Positions 42,915 to 55,947 of a DNA stretch of 64,000 nucleotides are shown here, one piece after another (position 1 is the stretch's first letter; each line of letters begins with the position of its first letter). The notes under the pieces are model-generated. The model did not search any database, was not told the origin of the DNA, and was given only the letters and a program-made list of their open reading frames with translations. The DNA comes from Eledone cirrhosa (Eukaryota). Location: NCBI GenBank assembly GCA_964016885.1, contig OZ024741.1:351354001-351418000 (forward strand). Reading direction: 5' to 3'. The translations under genes and the position numbers were made by a program.

Positions 42915-45900
42915 ATGGATGTGTTAAGAGTAGGATGTTTGAATGCACGTGGCCTGGGCTCAACTTGGAAGCAAGCAAAGCTTCTAAATGACCTCAGGTC
43001 ATGTGGTATAAATGTAATGGTTATCTGTGAGACTCGGATCAGCGTCGTGCGGCAGCTGGCCCCTACCTTCGATGACTTTGAGGTGCATGCATCACTCTGT
43101 CAACCTGGAGGTGGGGGTGGGGTTGTCGTACTGCTGCAAAAACACCTGGGTCTTGCCGTACAGGTTGTGCACTCGGACCCGGAGGGTCGTTTGTTGGTGC
43201 TAGACGTTGGCAGTAGTGAAGGTGCGGCCTTGAGACTGGTCACCGTCTACTCCCCTTCCGGAGCTGAACGGCCCGACTTCTTCCAGCGTTTGGAGACTTT
43301 TCTGGGAACGTCGCGTTCCCTGCTTCTAGCGGGGGATTGGAATGACATCCTAGATGCACGTTGGGACTATGCAGGAGTATGTCCTAATAGAGGGGGGTGT
43401 AACAGCCTCAAGGGGTTACTCGACCGTTTTAACTTGGTCGATAGATATTGACTAGATTTTCCAACTGTGCCTACCTGGACTTGGAGAAACCACAGTGGTC
43501 AATCTAGATCGCACTTAGATAGATTCTTAGTTAGAAGTAAGGATAGGGACATATTAAGCTGTCCAGAAATGCGCACGGTTGGCTATACGGATCATAAATT
43601 AGTGACCTGCGTAGTCAATCTCGAGAAAACACATAAACAGGGTCCCGGTTACTGGAAACTTAATTTGTCTTTAACGGCAAAAGAGACTTACAGAAACCGG
43701 ATTAGCAGATTAGTTAAGGAGAGGTTGACGGGTGCAATCGTCAACAACCGATGGTGGGCATCTCTCAAAAGAGAGATTAGAACAGAATCAATAAGTTATA
43801 GCAAGATGTTAGCTGCCGATAGGAATAGAAACGAGAAAGAATTAACAGGTAAATTAGAAGAGGCAATCAAGAGCGAAGATGTGGCCAGAGTGCTGGCATC
43901 GAGGACGGCCTTGAACCAGTTTTTCGATTCAAAGCACGAAGGCTGCGTCATTCGAAGTAAAATACGTGCTCTAGGTAATGAGGGGGTCAAAGCCGTTGGC
44001 TGGGCCCGCGTGACAGAAGCTAAGAGTGGAAATCGATCCACCATCTGGTCGTTGCAAGACGAGGATGGACGGGTGATCCGGGAGCCTAAGCAGATGTGCG
44101 AGGCCTTTCAAAGGCACTTTGCCCGATTATTCGGGGGAGGTGAGGGTCCGGGCGGGGACGTGGATTTCGGTCCATACCTCGACGGCCTGTCGCGTCTCTC
44201 GAGCGAAGAGGCAGAGTCCTGCGAGGGACCAATCTCGGCTGATGAGATCGGAGATGCGCTGAGCCAATGCAGCAGACGCAAATCTCCAGGTCTCGATGGT
44301 ATACCTTACGAACTTTATTTAGCAATGCCGGTCTTCTTCTCCGAACTCCTCGAAGCGGTCTACTGCAATTGGCAGCAGAACGGGAGAATTCCTTGTTCTG
44401 TAGCCAAGGGCGTAGTCTCGCTGGTGAGGAAGGACGAGAACAAGGGGGATAGTATAAATAATTTTCGGCCCATAACCCTGCTAAACACAGAGTTAAAGAT
44501 TTTGGCCAAGGTGTTAGCAAAGAGGTTGGCGCTTGTCGTGGGTGGCCTGGTGGGAGATACGCAGACATGTGCTATCCCATCCAGGTCCATTCACGATAAC
44601 CTCCACCTCATGCGATACATCATAGAGAGGGTTGGCAACAAACCCGGCTTCGGTGGGGCCCTGATCAACTTGGATCAGTCTAAGGACTTCGATAGGGTCG
44701 ACCATGGTTACCTGGATGTGGTGTTAGCGGCGGCTGGGTTCGGTCCTGTTTTCAGAGGCTGGATCACTGCCTTACATAGCAACCACATCTGTTCTAGGAT
44801 CAAGGTGAACGGCTACCTTTCGAAGCCGTTCGAAATCACACGATCCATTCGACAGGGGTGCCCTCTCTCCTCCCTTCTGTACGTATTGACTCTCGAGCCT
44901 TTACTGAGGAAGTTAGAGTTGTTGCAGGGTATCCCCCTGGAACCAGGATTGAGCAAAGCGGTGTCGGCCTACGCCGATGACGTAACAGTAATGGTATCGA
45001 CCGACTCGGAAATCGAGGCGATCGGTACCTTACTGGAGGATTACGAAAGGTTGTCAGGAGCGAAACTGAACCGGGAAAAATCCATCGGGCTGCAACTCGG
45101 AACGTGGAGAGGCAGACCGATGCCTCCCGACGGTGTCGTAGGACACTGGACGGAGGGCCCGGTAAAGTTGCTTGGGGTCTGGTTTGGCCGGACCTCCAGG
45201 TGGAAAAGAACTGGGACGAGGTTACGAACAAGGTGTTTGCACTAACCCAGAAATGGGCCAAGTGTAAGCTGTCCCTAAAAGGCCGGGCGGAGGTGGCGAA
45301 CATTTACATAGCGTCCGTCACTTACTACCGCCTGACTGTCGTGCCTTGCCCTAAGGAAACACTCACCACCATGGAACGCATGCTCTTCCAATTTCTTTGG
45401 AAGAAGCGCCCTCCTATGGTGAGAAGATCCATCTGCTGCCAACAACCTTCGAAAGGAGGGCTGGGGATGCCGTGGTTGATGATGCGTAGGCACGCATTAA
45501 GGCTACGGCACCTACAGGTATTCCTCACTGGTCAAGCGGTGTGGGCTCCGTTCGTGAAACGAGCCTTTCCGAGACTCGTCTCGCTCACCGAGCTGCAGTC
45601 CTGGGTCAAGCAAAGATCCGGAAAACTGGGAGACTGGCACACTGAGTGTGCTCAGGCGCTCAGGGCTCTCTGGCAAGCGGGACAGGCCATCGGTGGAGAA
45701 TCCACCTCATCATTCTATAGAGGGCTGGTGGCTAGCAGGGGCGATGACACCCTTGGAGAGTCGCTGGACATGGAAGAGGACGAACTGGCCAGCCTGTTCG
45801 GTAGGACTTTCGGCCCGGGACCAATGGACAACTTCCAGAAGTCACTAGCCTGGCAGTGCTACCGGGGGGCTCTACCCGTTCGAGAGAGGCTCTACAGACA

Positions 45901-46351
45901 CGGGCGCCCGGGCAGGGATCCCTCAAAAAAGATTTGCCCTAGATGCGTGCGTCACGAAGAAACCGTTGCGCACGCATTGGTGCAATGTCCGGGTGTGGCT
46001 GATCTGTGGGGCTACGCTGAACGACTGCTGTCGCGGGTGGCGCCGATTCAATTGACCGCCGAGTCCGTGATGACAATCAAACCGCCTCCCCTCTTCACAA
46101 AGGAAGCAAAGGCGGTTTTTCTGTGCGTAATAGCCATGTTGAAAGAGGTTGTTTGGTGGACACGATTGAAAGGTCTGAGGTCAGGCAACTTCCTCTCTGG
46201 CCATAGTCTGGTCTACTTCTTCCGATATCACTTCGGAAGAAGGATAAGAATGGAGAGAGAGATGCTTGGCCACAGGCAGTTTTATGAAAGGTGGGTGATA
46301 GTGGCGAGAATGGCTCGTGTAAATGGGCCTTCTCTGTATACCATCCTGTAG
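42915..46351 (+). pseudogene. Tx1 ORF2 (APE endonuclease, RT, zf-RVT); premature TGA at 43449 and frameshift near 45187
   Basis: CLNARGL, ICETR, GDWN, SHLDR, TDH, GPGYWKLN, KSPGLDG, IRQGCPLS, YADD, GGLGMP, CPRC..H..C. Confidence 0.92.
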
Positions 46352-46736
46352 GTAAAGAAGTGAAGGAGAGGGGAGCACCTTCTCCATGTGCTCCCCGGGC
46401 AAAGGATAGCACACTTTTTCGGGGGTGTGTGCAACCCTCATCACAAAGGAGAGGCACAAAAACAAAGAAAGGAATCCCCAGTCACTGAAGAGGTCACAGA
46501 GTGTGGGACGAAAGAACTATGACAATATATAAACAACTATTTGGTTGTGGAACCAACCAACCAACCAGAAATTTATAAATTTATAAATTTATTATAAATT
46601 TATTATAATAAATTGAAGTGAAAGCAACTGGTGCGTGTGTTTCTTATTGGCAACATGACCCTCCCAAAGTATAACAATATCGGTTTCAACACACGATTTC
46701 ACATAAAGAATCTTGCTAAACAAATTCAGAAACGAA

Positions 46737-46833
<97 letters not shown>

Positions 46834-46927
46834 TACATATCAAGCAGCGATACATAGGTATTCCGTCTGTTACAGAAACATATGTCAATACCTAATAAAT
46901 TCCTTTATATATATATATATATAAAGG

Positions 46928-47032
<105 letters not shown>

Positions 47033-47082
47033 AAATAAAGTTAAATAAAAAGTCAAATGTTTAAAATTTAGCTTCGTTTATT

Positions 47083-47137
47083 ACTGCTATATATATTTCA
47101 GTGACAGCCATCTTTGACTGTGACCTCTTCAGGCAGT
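47083..47137 (-). ncRNA. Type I hammerhead
   Basis: ACTGC-CTGAAGA-GGTCACAGTC aaagat GGCTGTCACT-GAAA-TATATA-TA-GCAGT. Confidence 0.8.
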
Positions 47138-47326
47138 CCGAATTAGTGTGGTATAGACAAGTACATAAGTTGTTGAGGTGTATAATTTTGTCAATACTCT
47201 GATATGCCCAGTTCCTGGTTGGGTTGTTATTTCACTGAGGAACTGGAATCATATGAATTCAAACAAACGAATTTCAGTGTGAAAGGGCCTCTTCTTCTCT
47301 CATTGGTCAGTTGTTAGAACATTCCT

Positions 47327-47364
<38 letters not shown>

Positions 47365-47699
47365 TGTCACGTTCAGTTACTGATGGTTTATTATTTTACG
47401 CATTCAATGATATTACGTGGATCCGGCTACCAATGTAAGACTCGTCTTTGAATGGTTGTCAGCTTTCATATCCGTAACAAGCAGAGTTTAGTAATAATTA
47501 TTATTAAGTGCGAACGACGTACCAATTTAGCAATTTGTACGTATTTTATTCATCCGTGACGCGCGTTTCGCCAGCTTAAAGTAGAATCGGCCATAATCGG
47601 GTCTGGCACTGGAATCGATAGCTAACCAGACTGATCGATGATGGCGAAACGCGCATCATGGGTGAGTAAAATATGTACAAGATATTAAATTGATATTAG

Positions 47700-47915
47700 G
47701 TGGATTCGCAGTATCGGTAGCGCGTCAGACACCATGCTTTGCAGCATAGAGCTATGGCCCTTTATGTTCTGAGTTCAAATCTTGCCGAGGTTAACCTTGC
47801 CTTTCATCCTTACGTGGTCGATAAGATAAAGTACCAGTAATGCACTGGAGTCGATTTAATCGACTTTCCCCTCCGCCAAAATTGCTGGCCTTGTGCCTAT
47901 ATAAGAAACCCTTAT
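47700..47915 (+). mobile_element. tRNA-derived SINE
   Basis: A-box-like start, B-box GAGTTCAAATC, central GCCTTTCATCCT..GTCGATAA..AGTACCAG domain, TTA tail. Confidence 0.8.
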
Positions 47916-47921
47916 TATATG

Positions 47922-47953
<32 letters not shown>

Positions 47954-48644
47954 ATGTTACTAATTAAGGCAAGATCCTACTACCGTCGAAACGGCTTTAG
48001 CGTGACTGTCTTTAAATAGCTCTCACACACACACATTCACACGTGTGTGGTTGTTTGAGTGTATATGTGTGTGTGTATACGTGTGTGTGTATAGATAGAT
48101 AGCTGAATAGATACAAGGACAGATAGATATATACATACATGCCTACATACACTTGATGTATGAATTACAGTAAAAATGTCTGGCATTCTGGTTGGAAGCC
48201 GACACTTTCCCTATTGGAGAGAATTTGAAAAATATAAACCAGAAGAATACCAAATAAGGACGAATCATACTGGAATCAATATAGCAGCTTGTATCGACCC
48301 GCACCCCAAATGTATGTTTCTGTGCAAATGTTAAAAATCAGTAATGCGAAATTGACTGTTGATTCTCTCACCGATATTCTAGTATCTATTATTAATTACC
48401 TGAAGGCGTGTAGTTTAATGGTTAGGGTGTTCGGCCCACGAAATTAGAGTTATATCTTTGAATAAAACATTTTATTTCACATTGTTCCAGTTCAATCAGC
48501 TTGTTTCAAAAGGAAAGCCTTGTCATAGACTTTATCACGTTGAATCTCTTCGAGAATTACATTAAGGGTTCAAGTGTCTGTGTCTGTGCTGTGCTCTGCA
48601 GTCTATTTCTGCAGTATCTCACCCATCGTTTTAGCATTATCTTT

Positions 48645-49035
48645 GAGAGTATCATTTTTTATCAATTCGAGGGCCTACAGTGGAGCCAGTGACTTTGTGT
48701 TTTTTCGCAAATGAAAACAACACTTTGGGATTGAGTTTGATTTTCTCGATGGCCCAGGCCTCTTCAGCTGGTCTTTGGTTGTTGATGATGGACATCATGC
48801 TGTTTTGGAGGTTGTGTTTTTTCGATTCTAGTGATGTAATAGAAGTCAAATGGGTGTGCTGCTGCTGGCAGTATTTAAGTTTTTTTTTTTTTTTTATAAA
48901 TCTTTTAATTTTCTAATAAGTGTTCTTCTATTTCTAGGAATTCGGCACTTAGATTTGCTTGCAAATCTTAATGGGGTATGTTTTTCACATATAGTTGTTA
49001 CGGTGTCTACAAATTTCTGACAGAATTTTTTGATG
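48645..49035 (-). pseudogene. Decayed CR1-like LINE ORF2 fragment (linker upstream of RT)
   Basis: AIEKIKLNPKVLFSFAKK...TVGP. Confidence 0.55.
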
Positions 49036-49038
49036 TTA

Positions 49039-49083
<45 letters not shown>

Positions 49084-49104
49084 CGCGTGAAAGACCAATC
49101 GACA

Positions 49105-49135
<31 letters not shown>

Positions 49136-50015
49136 TACTAAAACGATGTGGTTGTGTGCTTGTCTGTAATTTAATACAGCCAAAACGGCGCATAATGGGG
49201 GAAATACTTTGAAAAGAAGGTGACCCCGAAACGGGAATACAAATTTCGCGTAAATCGGAGCACGGGTTCCCAAGATACGGGGTTTTTCCGGGTACTTTCA
49301 TAAATAGAGAGAGAGAAAGATAGAGAGAAGGGGATAGTGGTTGTAAGAGATTAGATCGAAAGAGTGACATACAGAAGGAGAGAGCGAAAGAGAGAGAAAG
49401 AGACACAGAAGGAAGAATTTGGTGACTGTATCATATAATTTGTGTTAGGACAAGATGTGTTTACAAATATTTCCTGCTAAATAGGATGGGTTCCTAAGTG
49501 TGTGTGTGTATATATATATATGTGAGTGTGTATGTATAGATATATATGTGTGTGTGTGTTTATATATATATGTGTGTGTGTATATGTGTGTGTGTCAGTG
49601 ACCAGTGTATGTAGGTCACACATTCCCACATATATATATATATGTATATATATATACACACATACACACATATATGTATAGACACACACACACGCGCATA
49701 TATATATGGGACTTCCAATTTCATTTTACATTATATACATGTTTTTTATATTTCAATTATTTAAAAATAATTCTTAAGTGAACACGATTTAAAAATAATA
49801 TTTTTAAAGGAAAATGATTTAAAAAATATTCTTTGCTCTCTTGCTGTTAATGCCTTTTTTAACTTCGTCATCTCTCTCGGCTCGGTTACTTACTTACATA
49901 TGCCTGTGTCCTGCGTATCCCGCTTCTATCGGTATATTGTTTCCCTCTTTTCTCTTTTTTCTCTCTTTTTTCTATCTTTCTCTCCCTTCGCTATCGCCTC
50001 TTTTTCGTCTTTTCT

Positions 50016-50120
50016 TCCCCTCAGAACTTGTTGATAATAAGTAATTGGCGCAACGGATAGATGTATTGTCTATAATGCGCTGAAACATCCGTGACCCGTA
50101 GTAGACAACTGATGAAGGGC
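50016..50120 (+). ncRNA. Non-circularly permuted hammerhead-core RNA (family 3)
   Basis: CCC..[ACTTGTT gat AATAAGT]..GCGC-a-ACGG-ata-GATG-TA-TTGTCTA-taat-GCGC-t-GAAA-CATC-cgtGAc-CCGT-ag-TAGACAA-CTGATGA-a-GGG. Confidence 0.65.
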
Positions 50121-50192
50121 AAATGTCTATCTCTTGTTTGTGCTCCCTTAACTTTCTAACACTCGTTATCAGTAACCACGCAATCGATATTT

Positions 50193-50282
<90 letters not shown>

Positions 50283-50384
50283 ATATATATTGATATATAT
50301 ATGTATGTATATATAAATATATACACATATACATTTATATATATATTTAGGTTATAGTTCACTTGAAGCATTGTGTAATGAGGT

Positions 50385-50711
50385 ATAAACGTTTGTATAT
50401 GTATAATAAAGCCAAAACAATGCAGGTATGGGCATAGAATAAGGAATGCAAATGCAAAAGATATTGTTGACAATTAGTCTTTAACCTTAGATTCATTTAA
50501 ATGTCCTTAATTTTCGAGATAATATCTCTTCTTCGGAGGGAAGTAAAGCGGTTAAACCAGTGTTCTAAATAGCTTGCCAATTAAGGACATTTAAAGGACA
50601 TTTAAATAAATCTAAGGTAAAAGACTAATTGTCAACAATATCTTTTGCATTTGCATTCTTTATTCTATGTCCATACCTGCATTGTTTTGGCTTTATTATA
50701 CATATACAAAC

Positions 50712-50717
<6 letters not shown>
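50385..50717. repeat. ~125-bp inverted repeat with a degenerate minimal HHR (50505-50540, - strand) at the inner boundary
   Basis: CCT-CCGAAGA-aGAGAT att ATCTC-GAAA-AT-TA-AGG (U4>C). Confidence 0.65.
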
Positions 50718-50768
<51 letters not shown>

Positions 50769-50830
50769 GATATTAAATAAATGGAAACTATATTTATAAA
50801 ACCATATTTATTCTATTTTCCAGGACATAT

Positions 50831-52197
50831 TTATTCTGTTATCCAGGACTTCATACTTTTGCTTAACAACTGTCTGATGTTATCTGCCACCTTGAAGATC
50901 TCTAGGCTTTTGGTGATCCAAGAATGAGGCACCATGTCAAATGCCTTTTTGTAGTCTATCCATCCCATGGCAAGACCAGTGTGTCTCCTCTTGCAATTCC
51001 TCATTACCATCTTATCAATAAGTAACTGGTCCTTTGTATCACGGGACTTCTTTCGGCATCCTTTCTGTTCGTCCGGTAACAAGTTGTTTGTGTGGACGTT
51101 ATGGTAGATTTCCTCAGACACAGTGCTTGTCAACAGTTTCCACATTACGGACAGACATGTGATAGGTCTATAGTTGGTAACATCATTACCCTTGATTCGA
51201 TTTTTCATTACCAGAACTGTGGTAGCTTTTGTCAACCACTCTGGTACCTCACCTGACATCAAGCAGTCATTGAACATGGTTGTCAGAGGGATGTTACATT
51301 TTTAATCCAATACCCCTGCACACCATCTGGGCCTGGTGATTTCCAGTTGGTTATTTTTTTTTTTGGCCTGCCCCTTAAGAGTTTCAACTGTGATACTCAA
51401 ATCAGTTTGTTGGTGTGCCTGTTCACTAATCTCCTTTTGTACTGTCTCAATCCACACTGCCTGGTCATTATGTTTAACATCCTGCTCCCATATTCCTCTC
51501 CAGAATGTCTTTAGTTTGTTCCGCCTCAGGGATCAAGTCGTTGCCTCTTTCTTTCCCTTCAAGCTGTCCAAACAACATCTTCTGGTTGTTGTCCAACATG
51601 CGGTTCTGTCTATACTGACTGACTCTGCTCTCGTATCGCCTAATTTTTGCACTCTTTGCTACAATGCGTTGCTTCAGTTCCTCTATGATAATATTTAGCC
51701 TTTTCCTCCTAGTTTTGTACTTTATTTCCAGTCTATTTTTAGTGTCTATGTTTTTTAGTGTCCCATTCAGTAAGGACTCAAGCTTTCCAATGTCATTTCT
51801 CATTTCCCTGATTTGACCATTCAGTCGTTTCTTCCACCAAGGTTCTGATCTTTCTTGTTTGCTGTTTCCTCTCGCTTTTATGCCAAGTAATTTCCTCACC
51901 GCATTTGCTGTTGCTTTGAGGATATTGTTGCACTGGTGAAGGCTCCTCGCCTCAAGCTATGGGATGACTTTGTTTACCTTAGCTATTGTTTCTTTTAACT
52001 TTTTCCTGTCTACAAATCTTAGGTTCATAGGTTTCCCACTATCATTGTTCATTTCATCTACCACTAAGTTTAGGATATCAACCAAATCTTGTCCTAGCCC
52101 GTCAGCATTCATCTCCTCAATGGCCGTATCTTTGTTCCAGGTATTATTTATTTCAGCATTCAGATCATTGTCTGCTTCGGATGGTTCCTCCTTTCTC
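50831..52197 (-). pseudogene. Internal fragment of R4/Dong element, same family as 52251-55905
   Basis: Colinear with about 53945-55310; frameshifts and a small deletion. Confidence 0.9.
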
Positions 52198-52201
52198 TCT
52201 A

Positions 52202-52244
<43 letters not shown>

Positions 52245-52250
52245 GTTGTT

Positions 52251-55200
52251 ATTCCTTGAATCTCAGTCATTGATGTTGGTTAACTGGAAAGTCCGTTGGA
52301 TTGAATATCAAGCCACTACCTGCAGCCTCAGATATTCAGGACGTATCGGAGGGTTCTTGCTGTTCCAAGCAAGCATGCCTTTTGAAGCGTTCCAAAAAGC
52401 GTGAAGGGGCCGATTTTCTTTAACCATCCCTGGAAACTTTTGGAGATAGTCCCCAGTGCGCCTATGACAATCGGGATCACTTTGACTTCATGGCAGTTCC
52501 AAATCCTTTTCATCTCCCACTTTAGGTCCTGGTATCGGTTAATTTTCTCCCTCTCCTTCTCTTGCACTCTCGTGTCGAACGGGCAGGCCACATCCACAAT
52601 CAGACACGATCTTTTTTCTTTGTCCACAACCACCAGGTCAGGTCTATTGTGTTCCAGTTTTTTGTCCGTCTGTATCCTAAAATCCCACAGCACCTTCACC
52701 TGATTGTTCTCCATCACCGCCTCTGGCCTATGCTCATACCATTTCTCAGAATGTGGTAAATTGTTTACTTTGCACAGGTGCCAGTGGATCACCCTGCCCA
52801 TCACATCGTGTCTCCAGCCCTAATAGTGGGTCTGGGCTAGGTGTTTACACTCGGACACAATGTGAGCCACAGTCTCCTCTCTCTCTCTCCACAGATCCTG
52901 CACAGTGGGCTAGCCTCCTCCTTGTAAATATGGTGCTTCAACCACTTCGTTTTGAGGGCCTGCTCCTGCGCAGCCATTAGCATTCCTTCTGTAGCCTTTT
53001 TGAGGTCTCCTCTTCTCAACCAGTTCCATGTCTGTGGATCTCTAAATTCAGTTTTCTCAAAGAAGGTACTATGAAGGGATTTTCCCTTAAGGCTGCTCTT
53101 CCCCCTTGATGTTATTTCCTCCTTGGACATCCCCTGGCCTACTGTCCCCTCCTTCAGTACAGTTCTGAGCATTGGCTCCTTACTATAGGTCACGTATTTG
53201 TATAGGTTGTTTTTCTCCATCTGAACACAGTCCTCTATGCTGATAAGACCTCTTCCACCCTCAGATCTCCTTAAGTAGAGTCTATCGACATCACTCCTCT
53301 TGTGGAACATATTGTAGATAGTCAATAGCTTCCTAGTCTTCCTATCCATTTCTTTTTGTTCAGCAACATTCCATCTCAGAATTCCCGCACTGTACCTAAT
53401 AATAGACACAGCTCGGGAATTTACTGCGCTTATGGCATTTCTGCTGTTCAGATGTGACTTCAATACGCTCCTTACTCTCCGAATGTATTCAGTTCTTAAC
53501 AATTCCTTCATTTTTTTGTTCTTTATGCCATCAGCCTCCAGAACGCCCAAATACTTGTATCCTTCCTCAGAGTCAATTTCCTTTATCATTTCACCTGTTG
53601 GTATCTGGATCCCGTTACTTCTGCTCAACCTACCCCTCCTCATCACAATGACTCCACATTTACCAATACCAAACTGCATACATATATCATTGCTGAAAAT
53701 ACGGACAGTGTCAACAAGTACATCCAACTCCTTCTCACTTTTCCCGAAGAGCTTAAGATCGTCCATGAAGAGGAGGTGATTGATGGTAAGCTCTCCCCTT
53801 CCCAACTTGTATCCTGCTCTCACTTTTCGCAGCATAATGGTCAAGGGCATCAGGGCAAGGACAAACAACAGAGGGGACAGGCTATCTCCCTGGAAGATAC
53901 CTCTCTTGATCTTCACGCTTCCCAAGGATACTCCAGTTGATGTCAACTCTGTCTCCCAGGACCCCATACTCCTGCCCAGCAACTGTCTGATGTTGTCTGC
54001 CACCCTGAAGATCTCCAGGCTTTTGGTGATCCAAGAATGAGGCACCATGTCAAATGCCTTTCTGTAGTCTATCCATCCCATGGCAAGATCAGTGTGTCTC
54101 CTCCTGTAATTCCCCATTACCATCTTATCAATAAGTAACTGGTCCTTTGTACCACGTGACTTCTTTCGGCATCCTTTCTGTTCGTCCGGTAACAAGTTGT
54201 TTGTGTGGACGTTATGGTAGATTTCCTCAGACACAATGCTCGTCAACAGTTTCCACATTACGGACAGACATGTGATAGGTCTATAGTTGGTAACATCATT
54301 ACCCTTGATTCGGTCTTTCATTATCAGAACTGTGGTACCTTTTGTCAACCACTCTGGCACCTCACCCGACACCAAGCAGTCATTGAACATGGCCGTCAGC
54401 TTCGGGTGGAGGGATGTTAAATGTTTAATCCAATACCCCTGCACACCATCTGGGCCTGGTGATTTCCAGTTGGTTAGTTTTTTGGCCTGCCCCTTAAGAG
54501 TTTCAACTGTGATACTCAAATCAGTTTGTTGGTGTGCCTGCTCACCGATCTCCCTCTGTACTGTCTCAATCCACCCTGCCTGGACATTATGTCTAACATC
54601 CTGCTCCCATATTCCTCTCCAGAATGTTTTAGTTTGCTCCGCCCCAGGGATCAAGTCGTTGCCTCTTTCTTTCCCCTCAAGCTGTCCAAACAGCATCTTC
54701 TGGTTGTTGTCGAACATGCGGTTCTGTTTATACTGACTGACTCTGTTCTCGTATCGCCTGATTTTTGCACCCTTTGCTACAATGCGTTGCTTCAGTTCCT
54801 CTATGATAATATTTAGCTTTTTCCTCCTAGTTTTGTATTTTATTTCCAGTCTATTTTTAGTGCCTATGTTTTTTAGTGTCCCATTCAGTAGTGACTCAAG
54901 CTTTCCTATGTCATTTCTCATTTCCCCGATTTGCCCACTCAGTCGCTTCTTCCACCACGGCTCTGCTCTTTCTTGTCTGTTGTTTCCTCTCGCTTTTATA
55001 TCAAGTAGTTTCCTCACCGTATTTGCTGTTGCTTTGAGGATATTGTTGCACTGGTGAAGGCTCCTCGCCTCAAGGTATGGGATGACTTTGTTTACCTTAG
55101 CTGTTGTTTCTTTTAACTTTTTCCTGTCTACAAATCTTAGGTTCATAGGTCTCCCACTATCATTGTTCAATTCATCTACCACTAAATTTAGGATGTCAAC

Positions 55201-55905
55201 CGAATCTTGTCCTAGCCCGTCAGCATTCATCTCCTCAGTGGCCGTATCTCTGTTCCAGGTATTATTTATCTCAGTATTCAGATCATTGTCTGCTTCGGGT
55301 GGTTCCTCCGTTCTCAGGACCTCTTCACCTTCATTTCCCACTGGCTCGCTTGTCTGGCATACTACACCCGCCATCTCCAAGCCATTCTCTCCGCTCAGTT
55401 CCTCCAGTTCCAGCTCGCTTATCCACCCATTAGTTCTTATTACCCGAGCCTGCCCGGCCAATTTTTGTTCATCTAATTTAAATAAACCAATCTCGTTCCA
55501 GATGTTATGCTATGCATCCGTCTCCTGTAGCCCCTCTCCTTGGGGTTACTTTTCAGGTAACATTGCATAACAGTTCTATTCAATTCTTTCGTCCAGTTGG
55601 TTCTGGCCCCTTTCCTTCTTCTCCTTCCTCCAACATCAGCAGTATTTGGTTGACAGTCAGGTTCCTGCTGCTGAGCCAGGGGGCACCTGTTGGGTGAGAG
55701 TCTGTCACATGACGTTCTAGTCTCCATTTCACCGTTATTCGAACTGTTTATGTTCGATATTTAAACACTCTTATCGAGGATTGGCGAATGTATGGTTACA
55801 TAGCCATCTGTGGATCCGCCATTCCACTTGGCCCTTGTGTGGCATTATCACCACGCTGTATACGAACACACATAAACAAACAAACACACAGGCAGAAAGG
55901 GCCCC
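52251..55905 (-). mobile_element. Full-length R4/Dong-type non-LTR element (RT + CCHC + restriction-like endonuclease), frameshifted, flanked by (TAA)n
   Basis: [62 protein letters not shown]; frameshifts near 55510, 52880 and 52805. Confidence 0.92.

Positions 55906-55945
<40 letters not shown>

Positions 55946-55947
<2 letters not shown>

Larger units (their letters stand above)
40855..46570 (+). mobile_element. Full-length L1/Tx1-clade retrotransposon
   Basis: Two-ORF layout, 3' UTR ending in (AACC)n. Confidence 0.9.

Noticed and set aside
43449-43451. In-frame TGA in Tx1 ORF2 as selenocysteine or readthrough
   Set aside because: Most simply a CGA>TGA mutation; the element also has a frameshift.
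49137-49480. Possible non-autonomous Helitron-like insert
   Set aside because: Only a vague 5' resemblance; no clear 3' hairpin or CTRR end identified.
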